A DNA stretch of 64,000 bases, taken from Octopus bimaculoides (taxonomy: Eukaryota). Below the pieces are notes generated by a model, which searched no databases, was not told the origin of the DNA, and saw only the letters and a program-made list of their open reading frames with translations. The DNA is taken from positions 18,327,257 to 18,391,256 of the forward strand of contig NC_069001.1 in NCBI RefSeq assembly GCF_001194135.2. Direction: 5' to 3'. Position numbers and translations under genes: made by a program. Below, one piece after another: positions 39,150 to 50,689 of this stretch (its first letter is position 1; every line of letters begins with the position of its first letter).

Positions 39150-41460
39150 ACTAATATTTTGTACTTGCGGCTCTAGTGGTGGCTAATGAGCTCTGCTCTT
39201 GACAATCATACACGACTGCAAACATTGAAAACCAAGCTTTCCCCATTCACTACACCAGTAGTATGCAGCACACTTAAATTCTTCACGAAGAATACATGCT
39301 CTCTCAAATGTTTCAATCCTCTCCATAACCTGCTTCCTCCATCTGTGGCGATGACAAGCATTGCTCTCCCAGTCGGTCTACTGCATACCACAGGCCTTTA
39401 ATGAGGACTTGACACAGTCCTTAAATAGCAGCCTTGGTTTCTGCCGGGTTCTCTTTCCACTAACAAATTCCCCATATAGCAATTGTTTAGGGATCCTGCT
39501 ATCCTTCATTCTAATAAGGTGTCCAGTCCAACATAACCGGTGTTGTGCACCATCGCCTCAATACTCAAGATACCAGCTTTCTCCAGGACCTGTGTGTCTG
39601 AAGTTCTTAAGGCCCAGCCAACATTCAGAATGTGTCTCAGACATCTCTGATGAAAGCATTGAAGGATCCTTACATGACATTTGTAAAGGATCCATGTCTC
39701 ACATGAGTAAAGGAGCAATGTCAGTACACATGCACGGTACAGTGCAACTTTTGTTTGCCTTGCTATGCCATGCTGGGACCAGACACAAGACTGAAGAGAC
39801 CGGAAGGAATCAGTTGCTCTCTGCAGCCTGAAAGATATTTCATTATCCAGGGAGCAAGAACGGCTGAGTGTGCTGCCCAGGTAGACAAACTTGTCTACCA
39901 CTTTCAGAATTGTTCCTTCAACCAGGATAGCTGGTTCCACAAATGAATTTACTGGTGCAGCCTGGAACATTGCAACAGTCTTGTCCAGGCTAATGCTGAG
40001 TCCAAATGCCGTGCAAGAAGCATAAATATGATTCATAAGTATTTGCTGGTCATCCACTGTATGAGTGACTAAGTCACAGTCATCTGCATAAAGGAGGTCA
40101 TGAATAAGAGGCTGGAAAACTTTTGAATTGGCAGCAAATTGGCATAGATTAACGAGGTGGCCAGGAGATCAATACCTGACATAAATTCCCAGAGAGCTAA
40201 ACTTAGCAAATGCATCAGTAAAAGCAACAGCAAAGAACAAAGAAAAGAGAGTTGGGGCAAGGATGTCACTCTGCTTGACACCATTCTCTACAGAAATGGG
40301 TCCTGCCATGCTACCACCAACATTGACCCAAGCCCCCATCCCATCATGAAATGATTTAATTATAGAGACAAAGTAATCTGGACATCCAAGTTTGCCAAGT
40401 ATTTTCCATAGTAAGGCCCTATTCACAGTATCAAAGGCCTTGGACAATATCTGGACAAGATCCATATTCTGCTCATAGCACTTCTGCATCTGTCTTGCTG
40501 TGAAAATCATATCCATTGTCCCTCATCCAGATTGGAGGCCACGTTCAGATAGGACATCATTTACGAGACACCCATTCAGGTGGGTAAGAAGAATATTTAC
40601 CAGAACGTTGCCAGCAGCTGATAGTAGAGCAATACCTCTGTAGTTAGCACACATTGTTCTGGCTCCTTTTTCCTTTATAGAGAGGAAGAATAATTGCACA
40701 CTTCCAGTCCTTAGACATTGCACCATCCCTCCAGACTACACTAATAAGTTCATGAAGGGACTGTATGATGTAATCACCACCAAATTGCAAAACCTCAGCA
40801 CAAATTCTATCCTTTCCAGGTGCTCTACCAACATTCAATTTACTTATTGCTGTCATTACTTCATCTATTGAGGGTGTGGGATTTAAGGAGTCAATGATAG
40901 GTCTTTGTTGCAGAGTATCAATTACTGTTTCATCTACAACTGACTCGTGGTTTAGGAGTTCAGAGAAGTGTTCGATCCAGTGACCTGTGATTTCTGTTGA
41001 TTTAGTAAATAGAGTAGAAGACACCATGGAAAGCAAAGGAGCTGATGCAGAGTTCTTAGGCCCATAAACTTGCTTCATAAGATGGTAAAGTTTCTTGCTG
41101 TCATTTGCATCAACAGCAGTCTGAACATCACGAGCAAGATCCTCCTACCAAGTATTCTCCATCTTCCGGAGAGAATGTTGCAGTAGTGATTTTACACTGC
41201 TATAGTGGGCAAGTGCTCGATTTCGTTGCACAGCTGAAAGTCCTCTGTGTAGTAATACATTGTGGGCATGGCGCTTTACAGCCAATAGTTGCTGAACTTC
41301 AGCATCATTTTCATTAAACCAGTCTCTGTGTCTGGAGGTAGCATATCCCAGTGTTTCAGCAGCACATTGAAGAACCTGGTCTCGAAAATCTTCCACTATT
41401 CTAATTCTTGCAAAGTGATGCTATTTAATACCTCTGACATTTTTTTTTTACCTCTTCTAC
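39150..41460 (-). pseudogene. RTE/BovB-clade LINE ORF2 (linker, RT and C-terminal Zn finger), disrupted
   Basis: Consecutive broken ORFs: HRDWFNENDAEVQQLL; VYGPK..APLLS; RAPGKDRICAE; DMIFTARQMQ; SKAFDTVNR; GVKQSDILAPTLF; LQMTV (FADD region); VDKFVYLGS; CSRVC. Confidence 0.95.
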
Positions 41461-41474
41461 ATCTGAAAATTCAA

Positions 41475-42131
41475 TAGCACCAGCGTCCGTCACCAGTGAT
41501 GACCTTCAAAAAAAGGTCCAAATCAACTTCTGCCTGTTCTTTCAGTTCAGGACATGCATTCAGTCCTGATTGCTTTTGATCTTCCTTGAGTAAGCGAGGC
41601 ACTAATTTTGCTGCAACTCTTTTCATTCACAATTACTTATTCAAAATTCATTGGCAGGAGCTCCAGGACACACTAGTCATATCAACAAGTTTGTCAATTG
41701 TTTGGTGACAGTCATGAGGTTTTCATTTGTTTGCGGGGTCAATGGTAATCCTGAACAAGGTTGGTCTTCAAGCAACAAGCAACCATTCCTAAAGCATAGA
41801 AATCACCCGTAAATTTGTGTTTGCTTATGGCAGCATCCTTATAAGCTGTTTGATACATGTCAACTGTTTCAGCTATCATTTTCCTCGGCAGAAAACAGAA
41901 TTTCATGGAAGCATGCTGCTCCTTCATTTCAGCCATTACAAAAATTGATGAACAGGAGAGAAGTACTGCAAAACAAAGACACACCATGTGGCAGTATGTC
42001 TTTAGCCAATACTGCTGGTCGGCAGACTGATGCCTGAGGGTTGCATCAAGTGGATTCTAATGACGGAAGCCTGAACTACAATGGACTTGTCCCACAGAGA
42101 ACGTTTCGAGTTACTTTTCGATACCTACTCA
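41475..42131 (-). mobile_element. Mariner element, 5' half
   Basis: TIR-like (TA)TGAGTAGGTATCGAAAAGTAA; EQHASMKFCF..KMIAETVDM; AAKLVPRLL...KVITGDG. Ends at the RTE LINE. Confidence 0.85.
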
Positions 42132-42175
42132 TACATATCTATTGATATGCCATTGTAATACCATTATTAGAGAGA

Positions 42176-42218
<43 letters not shown>

Positions 42219-42230
42219 NNNNNNNNNNGA

Positions 42231-42268
<38 letters not shown>

Positions 42269-42803
42269 AATAGAGAGAGCGAGAAAGAGAGAGAGTAACA
42301 GAGGAATGAGATGCTGTGTTTGTGCAAAGCAGGGAAATGGTAAAAACTTTGCAAGAACTCACTGAAAGATTGGAGAAGATTAAATTGAATAAGAATGAAA
42401 GCTGTACTAACATGCAACACAATTGCAGTTCACTGCATTTTGTTGCATGGTGCATAGAATTGGTTGAAAATACTGGAGATAAAGCAGATTTTTAAGTGCA
42501 ACAACAACTGCTACTTAGTAGTAAGGATGGTGGTGGTGATGATGGTGGTGGTGGTAAGAGAACTCAATTATTTAACAGTTGATGAAGACTATAATTGTTT
42601 GTCACAGGGTTCTGAGCTGGTCAGTGGTTCATTACATTTGTGACAGAGAGAGTGACGAGGGAGCATTTGTAACTCACCACAGAACAAATATCACAAACGA
42701 CTTCATTCAAGAAGCTGGGTTTCAGTTTTCTCAATGATAGATAGATATATACTTAACACTCACACACATATACATACGCTCACAACATATACATACAAAC
42801 ATG

Positions 42804-42853
<50 letters not shown>

Positions 42854-43512
42854 CAGGCTTCCCCACAGTTTCTATCCTCCCAAATTCTAGTTCTTTCAAG
42901 TTATTAGTCACCTCAACTTTATCTAATATTATAAAAGAGAAGCTGAACTCCATCTGTCTGTCTGTAACAACAATTGTCTTTCACGATAGTAAGCTCAATG
43001 CTCTAACCACTGAGCCATGCACATTCACAGAACAGCATTATCATTATCAACAACAATACTTCAGCCAAAGAGAGAGCCTCCATGTGTTTGTTTGATCTGA
43101 TGGAGATAATAGTCAAATCTCCTTCAAATTACACTCACACTCTAGCTGCCTTCAGTTTTAAAAGATGATAAGTATGGTGGTACCATACACCCTTTCTCTC
43201 CTTTAATAACAGGAGATTCCCCTAAACCTGTCTGCCAGAGTTGTCACCACATCTTTCTTAAGCCCTTCTCTGGTGAATTGTCAAAGACTGGTATTTTGTG
43301 AATGTAGTACTGCCAAATTTGAGTTCTTTCAGTAAATTGTTCAACATCTCTACTTTTCTGGTTCAAAATAATCTTTGGAAATAGTGTTTGGTTATCATTG
43401 GCACCATTTTCTGTTGCTAAAGTATCTGCTTAAACACTTGTTTTTTGTTATGTTGAAATGTCATTTTTTAAATATTTTGTGCCATTTGTTTGCATTTGTG
43501 TTCATTAATGTT

Positions 43513-43645
43513 TCTTCTTCTTCTTCTTCTTCTTCTTCTTCTTCTTCTTCTTCTTCTTCTTCTTCTTCTTCTTCTTCTTTTTCTTCTTCTTCTTCTTCTT
43601 CTTCTTCTTCTTCTTCTTCTTCTTCTTCTTCTTCTTCTTCTTCTT

Positions 43646-43710
<65 letters not shown>

Positions 43711-43715
43711 CATCA
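43513..43715. repeat. Compound (CTT)n-(ATT)n-(CAT)n microsatellite
   Basis: Seen directly; it produces the poly-S/L/R/K ORFs. Confidence 0.98.
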
Positions 43716-43730
43716 TCATAATTATTATCT

Positions 43731-43905
43731 AGGCAGTGAGCTAGCAGAATCGTTAGCACACTGAATGAAAGGCTCAGTGGTATTTCATCCTGAGTTCAAA
43801 TTCCACTGAGGTTGACTTTGCCTTTCATCCTTTCAGAGTTGTTGTAATCAACTAGTCCTCTCCCTCAAAATTTCAGGCCTTGTACCTTTAGTAGAAAGGA
43901 TTATT
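43731..43905 (+). mobile_element. Nin/Deu-like SINE
   Basis: GGCAGTGAGCTAGCAGAATCGTTAGCAC...GAGTTCAAATTCCACTGAGGTTGACTTTGCCTTTCATCC. Confidence 0.85.
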
Positions 43906-45529
43906 ATTATTATTATTATGCTTGGCAGCTGATTTTCTAGTTCAGTTTTATTTGTTCTGGGGCAAATCCCAGGGAATGAGAATGTATTTTTACATTATAG
44001 TTATTAACACTAAAATAAAAATGGAAATATTTGTTAAAGAGAAGAATCAAACCACAACAGTTCTTGTAGATTGAATGAGCATGAAAAGTTGACACCTGAT
44101 ACATCACGATTTCAACCTGAATTTCTTTTCTTTATTTTATTCAGATCAATCAGGACCACTGATGTTTCTTTCATTTCACACAATGGATTTGAATAGAGTT
44201 GAGAGAGAATCTAAACTAGTGACATAGAATTTTGTACAAGAAAATCTACTTTATTTAAAGAATAGCAGAACAGGTTGATATTTAGTTTAGATATTTAATG
44301 TTCCATGAAATAAATATATTAACACCTGTCTGTCAGCCGGTTTGTCTGCATGTCTATCTGCCTGTCTATCTATTCTTTTCTGCCATCAACCATCGGACTG
44401 TGGCCCTAATTGAATACCATTCTGAAGGTTTTAACTGATCAAAGTAACTCCAGTACTGATGGTTTAAAAATAATTTTGTGCCTATTTTATCTGCTGTGCT
44501 GATGGGGCCTATTGAGGCAGGTACATATGGTAACTTCTGTTTGTTAGTATCTCAATGATTAGACAGTATTTTTCTTGATGGCATGTCAATTTGGTGGGGT
44601 TGGGGTTACTTGATTCTTGAGATTATCATTCCTTCACATTTAGATTTAGATCCAATTGTCACCAGGGATTATTTTCCTTCTCTGAGAGGAGATAATTTCA
44701 GAAAAGCCATAAGTTTATGCTTTATTTTAATTAATATATCTTTGCTTTTATCTCTTGTCACTGGACACCTAGTGTGCCAGTCAACTTTTTCTCCTCTCTG
44801 ACTAATTCTCTTTTTTTTAATATCCATTGAGGATTTCTTCTAGACATTACCCATCATTCTCATGTTTGGCCAAAAGGCTTTATTTATTGCTTTGTCTATC
44901 ATTTCAAATTATATTTGTTTACTTTCATACACCACCCTGTATTGTCTTGTTTGCTCAAGCCCTACTTCTATGCAAATCTTGCAGGTGCCACCAATATATG
45001 AAGTTCTCAGTCTTATCGTTAAAGGTATGAAACAAGGAATTAGTATATTTTGGTCGATAACTGATGAAGAATTAAGGTCCTTCAGTATCTGTCCTGTGTA
45101 CATTTTGTAGTATTTAATGCATTTTTCATTTGTTGAGTAACTGAATTGCATCCTGACTTATATATATATATATATATATATATATNNNNNNNNNNNNNNN
45201 NNNNNNNNNNNNNNNNNNNNNNNNNNNNNNNNNNNNNNNNNNNNNNNNNNNNNNNNNNNNNNNNNNNNNNNNNNNNNNNNNNNNNNNNNNNNNNNNNNNN
45301 NNNNNNNNNNNNNNNNNNNNNNNNNNNNNNNNNNNNNNNNNNNNNNNNNNNNNNNNNNNNNNNNNNNNNNNNNNNNNNNNNNNNNNNNNNNNNNNNNNNN
45401 NNNNNNNNNNNNNNNNNNNNNNNNNNNNNNNNNNNNNNNNNNNNNNNNNNNNNNNNNNNNNNNNNNNNNNNNNNNNNNNNNNNNNNNNNNNNNNNNNNNN
45501 NNNNNNNNNNNNNNNNNNNNNNNNNNNNN

Positions 45530-45577
<48 letters not shown>

Positions 45578-46239
45578 TATATTAGTATTAAACCTAATAC
45601 TAACCTAAGATAAATAAACTTTGAAAGTAATCATCCAAAATCTGTCACAAATATTTTGGTTGGGAATGTTTCAAAAAGAATTTCTTATCTTTCATCAAAT
45701 GAAGAAATTTTCAACAATAATGTAGACTATTATAACATGGCCACTCAGTAAAGTGGGATATACACAAAAGTTAAAATATTATGGACTAAAAGAAAACTGT
45801 AGTAATAGGAAAAAATTAGATAAAACAGAAAACAACTGAATGTTTAAATGTTCTGGGAAGAATGGATATTATGGTAATAGTAAATATACACTATATAAAA
45901 TCTATAATGATAAAACGACTAAAATTAAAACTCAGCAGGTTATTAATATAAAGTGTAACAACGGAATTTTACATGTTAAAGTTAGTGAACAAAACTTATG
46001 CAGCAAGAACGGTAGTAATAAGGAACAAATAAATCTTATGACTAATCATAAAATCAAAAGACCTAAAGCTATATATCATAACAACACTAATAATCATTAT
46101 TATTCTGAATACTTCAATAGAAAATTAGATAAGGTTGAAGTAAATAAAAATAGTTGATATCCAAGACCTTGGTAATAAAATTCATAAAAATAAAACAAAG
46201 AGATATACCCATACAACACATAATTATAATAAAAATTCT

Positions 46240-47000
46240 AATATAAACAATATCATATGGTTAATAATTCCATTTGCAAAACAAATTAAAAGTAACTTAG
46301 TTAAATTTTTATACAAAGTTATTTCCAAGCACTTCACTAAAGATGATAAATATAACGAGATAATTAACACTAATAAAATTGAAATTGGATTCTCTGTCTC
46401 ACAGAATGTTTCTCAAATTATTTCTTCAATTAATAATAAAAAAAATTGAGTAGTTTCTAAATTAATAGAGATAAAAACAATACTCATATCTTGTAAAGCA
46501 ACCATAATGAACCCAATTATAAAATAAAAACGATAAAATCTTCATTTTAATCATAAAAATATAAATAAACAATATAGAACTAATAGACGTGAATAATTTG
46601 GCAACGATTTGATAATGACAAATGTAAATATAAGTTGTGATTGCAAACTTAAAAATAACAGCCCGTTTAAAAATTTTTGCAAGCAAAAAAATGTAATATA
46701 TAGGTGTAAGGTAGAATCGGAGGGAATAAATTATTGTTACATAGGTTCCACCGAAAATTATATTAAGAAAAGAATTGCTAACCACAAAAACACATTCAGA
46801 AATAGAAGTAAATTAACCAGTACCAGTTTAAGCAAATTAATGAGGGAGTTGAAGACAAAAATAAAAAATATAATCTAAAGTGGGAAATAATCATATATGC
46901 AAAATCCTATAAAATTGGGGATAAACATTATAATCTATGCATTGATGAAATCTTCCAGATTTTAACTTCTAGGCATAAACTTCTCAACAATAAATGAGAA
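46240..47000 (+). mobile_element. Second Penelope-like thumb and GIY-YIG remnant
   Basis: WLIIPFAKQIKSNLVKFLYKVISKHF...QIISSINNKK; CDC...NVIYRC...CYIGSTENYIKKRIANHKNTF...STSLSK; frameshift, then LKWEII...YNLCIDE. Confidence 0.88.
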
Positions 47001-47627
47001 AAAGGTTTATCCTAAATATGTTTTTAAAAAATACAACTAAAATAAAATAAAATAACAAAAATAATAGAATAAATTAATTAATAATATAATTGGGTAATAT
47101 AATAATATATGTTCTTGAATATAGACCTATAATATTAGTCTAATAATAAAAATAATTGCAACACAAATTTAGATGATGTGGAATGTGCATGTCATATTTA
47201 CAGTAAACGAAAATAAAATCTAACCTGACCATAAACAATACCCCAGTTAAATAGAAATAAATTAATAAAATAAAATATAAATTAACCCTTAGCACTAATA
47301 ATTATAACTAATTAACTTAGAAAATAATTTCATTAATTAATATAAATTATACTACCGTTTCATGTTTTCACAATAATTAATATGTATTAAAAGAATTAAT
47401 AGATTTACATACTGTTAACCATAATAGAAAACAATACATATGTAAATTTAATGGTTCCTTTGTTTTTAAGCATGTTAACACACACACAAATAAAAACAAA
47501 AAGCATCTACACTTATAATGGTTTCTTNNNNNNNNNNNNNNNNNNNNNNNNNNNNNNNNNNNNNNNNNNNNNNNNNNNNNNNNNNNNNNNNNNNNNNNNN
47601 NNNNNNNNNNNNNNNNNNNNNNNNNNN

Positions 47628-49798
47628 GACCTGAAGCTAGTCACAAAAACTGATGCGATCTTTACGTTGCCAACAGACACTCGTACTTTACGCTGTCAAG
47701 TGATACCACGCTTCTTTTATGTTACCATGTGACACTTTGCGTTCTTTACGCTGCCAACTGACACCTCGCGTTCTTTACGTTACCAACAGACACCACACAT
47801 TCGTTACGTTGCCAATGATACCACGCTTCTTTTACGTTGACAAGTGACACTACTCGTTCTTTACGTTGCCAACAAGCACCAAGCTTTCTTTTCGTTGCCA
47901 ACTGCCACAATGCATTCTTTACGTTGCCAACAGACAGCACACGTTCTTTGCGTTGCTAACTGACACAATGCGTTCTTTACGTTGCCATCAGACACCACAC
48001 GTTCCTTACGTTGCCAACAGACACCACACGTTCTTTACGTTGCCAACAGACACCACACGTTCTTTACGTTGCCAACAGATACCACACGTTCTTTACGTTG
48101 CCAACAGACACCACACGNNNNNNNNNNNNNNNNNNNNNNNNNNNNNNNNNNNNNNNNNNNNNNNNNNNNNNNNNNNNNNNNNNNNNNNNNNNNNNNNNNN
48201 NNNNNNNNNNNNNNNNNNNNNNNNNNNNNNNNNNNNNNNNNNNNNNNNNNNNNNNNNNNNNNNNNNNNNNNNNNNNNNNNNNNNNNNNNNNNNNNNNNNN
48301 NNNNNNNNNNNNNNNNNNNNNNNNNNNNNNNNNNNNNNNNNNNNNNNNNNNNNNNNNNNNNNNNNNNNNNNNNNNNNNNNNNNNNNNNNNNNNNNNNNNN
48401 NNNNNNNNNNNNNNNNNNNNNNNNNNNNNNNNNNNNNNNNNNNNNNNNNNNNNNNNNNNNNNNNNNNNNNNNNNNNNNNNNNNNNNNNNNNNNNNNNNNN
48501 NNNNNNNNNNNNNNNNNNNNNNNNNNNNNNNNNNNNNNNNNNNNNNNNNNNNNNNNNNNNNNNNNNNNNNNNNNNNNNNNNNNNNNNNNNNNNNNNNNNN
48601 NNNNNNNNNNNNNNNNNNNNNNNNNNNNNNNNNNNNNNNNNNNNNNNNNNNNNNNNNNNNNNNNNNNNNNNNNNNNNNNNNNNNNNNNNNNNNNNNNNNN
48701 NNNNNNNNNNNNNNNNNNNNNNNNNNNNNNNNNNNNNCACTACGCGTTCTTTACGCTGCCAAGGGATACCACGCGTGCTTTACGTTGCCGCCTAACACCG
48801 CGCGTTCTTTACGTTACCAACAGACACCACACATTCGTTACGTTGCCAATGATACTACGCTTCTTTTACGTTGCCAAGTGACACTACGCGTTCTTTACGT
48901 TGCCAACAAGCACCAAGCTTTCTTTACGTTGCCAACTGCCACAACGCGTTCTTTACGTTGCCAATAGCCACAACGCGTTCTTTTTGTTACCAACAGACAC
49001 ACACGTTCTTTACGTTGCCAACAGACACCACACGTTCTTTACGTTTCCCACTAATACCACGCGTCTTTTAGGTTGCCAAGTGACACTACGCGTTCTTTAC
49101 GTTGCCAAGTGACACCTCGCGTTCTTTACGTTACCAACTGACACCTCTCGTTCTTTACGTTACCAACATACACCACACGTTCTTTACGTTGCCAACCACA
49201 TGTTCTTTACGTTGTCAACCACACGTTCTTTACGTTTCCCACTGATACCACACGTCTTTTACGTTGCCACCTGACACCGCGTTTTTTGCGTTACCAAGAG
49301 ACACCACACATTCTTTACGTTGTCAAGAGATACCACGTTTCTTTTACGCTGCCAACTGATACCACACGTTCTTTACGTTACCAACAAACACTACGCGTTC
49401 TTTACGTTTTCTACTGATACCACACGTGCTTTACGTTGCCTACTTGACACCGCGCGTTCTTTACGTTGCCAACAGACGCTACGCGTTCTTTACACTGCCA
49501 ACTGATACCACGCGTACTTTACGTACGTTACCAACTGACACCTCACGTTCTCTACGTTACCAGCAGACACCACACATTCTTTACGTTGCCAAGAGATACC
49601 ACACTTCTTTTACGTTGTCAAGTGACACTACGCGTTTTTTACGTTGCCAACAAACACCAAGTGTTCTTTACGTTGCCAACAAACACCAAGCGTTCTTTAC
49701 GTTGCCAACTGCCACAACGCGTTCTTCATGTTGACAACAGACACCACACGTTCTTTACATTGCCAACTGACACTACGCGTTCTTTACGTTACCATCAG
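47628..49798. repeat. 29-bp minisatellite array with higher-order structure (N gaps inside and after)
   Basis: Consensus GTTCTTTACGTTGCCAACAGACACCACAC; roughly 50 units visible. Confidence 0.95.
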
Positions 49799-50689
49799 NN
49801 NNNNNNNNNNNNNNNNNNNNNNNNNNNNNNNNNNNNNNNNNNNNNNNNNNNNNNNNNNNNNNNNNNNNNNNNNNNNNNNNNNNNNNNNNNNNNNNNNNNN
49901 NNNNNNNNNNNNNNNNNNNNNNNNNNNNNNNNNNNNNNNNNNNNNNNNNNNNNNNNNNNNNNNNNNNNNNNNNNNNNNNNNNNNNNNNNNNNNNNNNNNN
50001 NNNNNNNNNNNNNNNNNNNNNNNNNNNNNNNNNNNNNNNNNNNNNNNNNNNNNNNNNNNNNNNNNNNNNNNNNNNNNNNNNNNNNNNNNNNNNNNNNNNN
50101 NNNNNNNNNNNNNNNNNNNNNNNNNNNNNNNNNNNNNNNNNNNNNNNNNNNNNNNNNNNNNNNNNNNNNNNNNNNNNNNNNNNNNNNNNNNNNNNNNNNN
50201 NNNNNNNNNNNNNNNNNNNNNNNNNNNNNNNNNNNNNNNNNNNNNNNNNNNNNNNNNNNNNNNNNNNNNNNNNNNNNNNNNNNNNNNNNNNNNNNNNNNN
50301 NNNNNNNNNNNNNNNNNNNNNNNNNNNNNNNNNNNNNNTCTTTTTCATTTCTTTAATGTGTTTATTATAAAAATGTTCTTTGATTTCTGGTTGGAACCCC
50401 CAGGTTTTCTGCACTGAAAGAGCCTGGTTAAGAGTCTATACGGTTACGTGACACAGCCCGGACACCTTGCAACTATGTTATGACACCAACCAGCATGTTG
50501 CAGAGGGTGTTTAAAAACTCAAAGGTTCATAAAACCGACTTTGAAAAATTTGACGTATTCAATTTCTAATTTTTTAAGGAATATTTACAGGACAATTCTG
50601 ATTCAAGTACCGTCAATATTACTGATAGATTTTGTATTCAGTTGATAAGACTAAATTAAAATATAAATGGCATATACGAATTTACGACC

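Noticed and set aside
43375-43764. Poly-Ser/Leu/Arg/Lys ORFs
   Set aside because: Translations of the (CTT)n/(ATT)n microsatellite.
44400-45150. Possible additional PLE/LINE remnant (also 4620-4855)
   Set aside because: Translations gave no motif I could identify with confidence.
47628-49798. CRISPR-like repeat/spacer look of the 29-bp array
   Set aside because: The variable parts are only ~13 bp, are related to each other and recur in order. There are no cas genes and the context is eukaryotic. It is a minisatellite.
47866-50417. Long ORFs (200-318 aa) across the array
   Set aside because: Products of a stop-poor repeat and N gaps; the 29-bp unit cycles through all frames.
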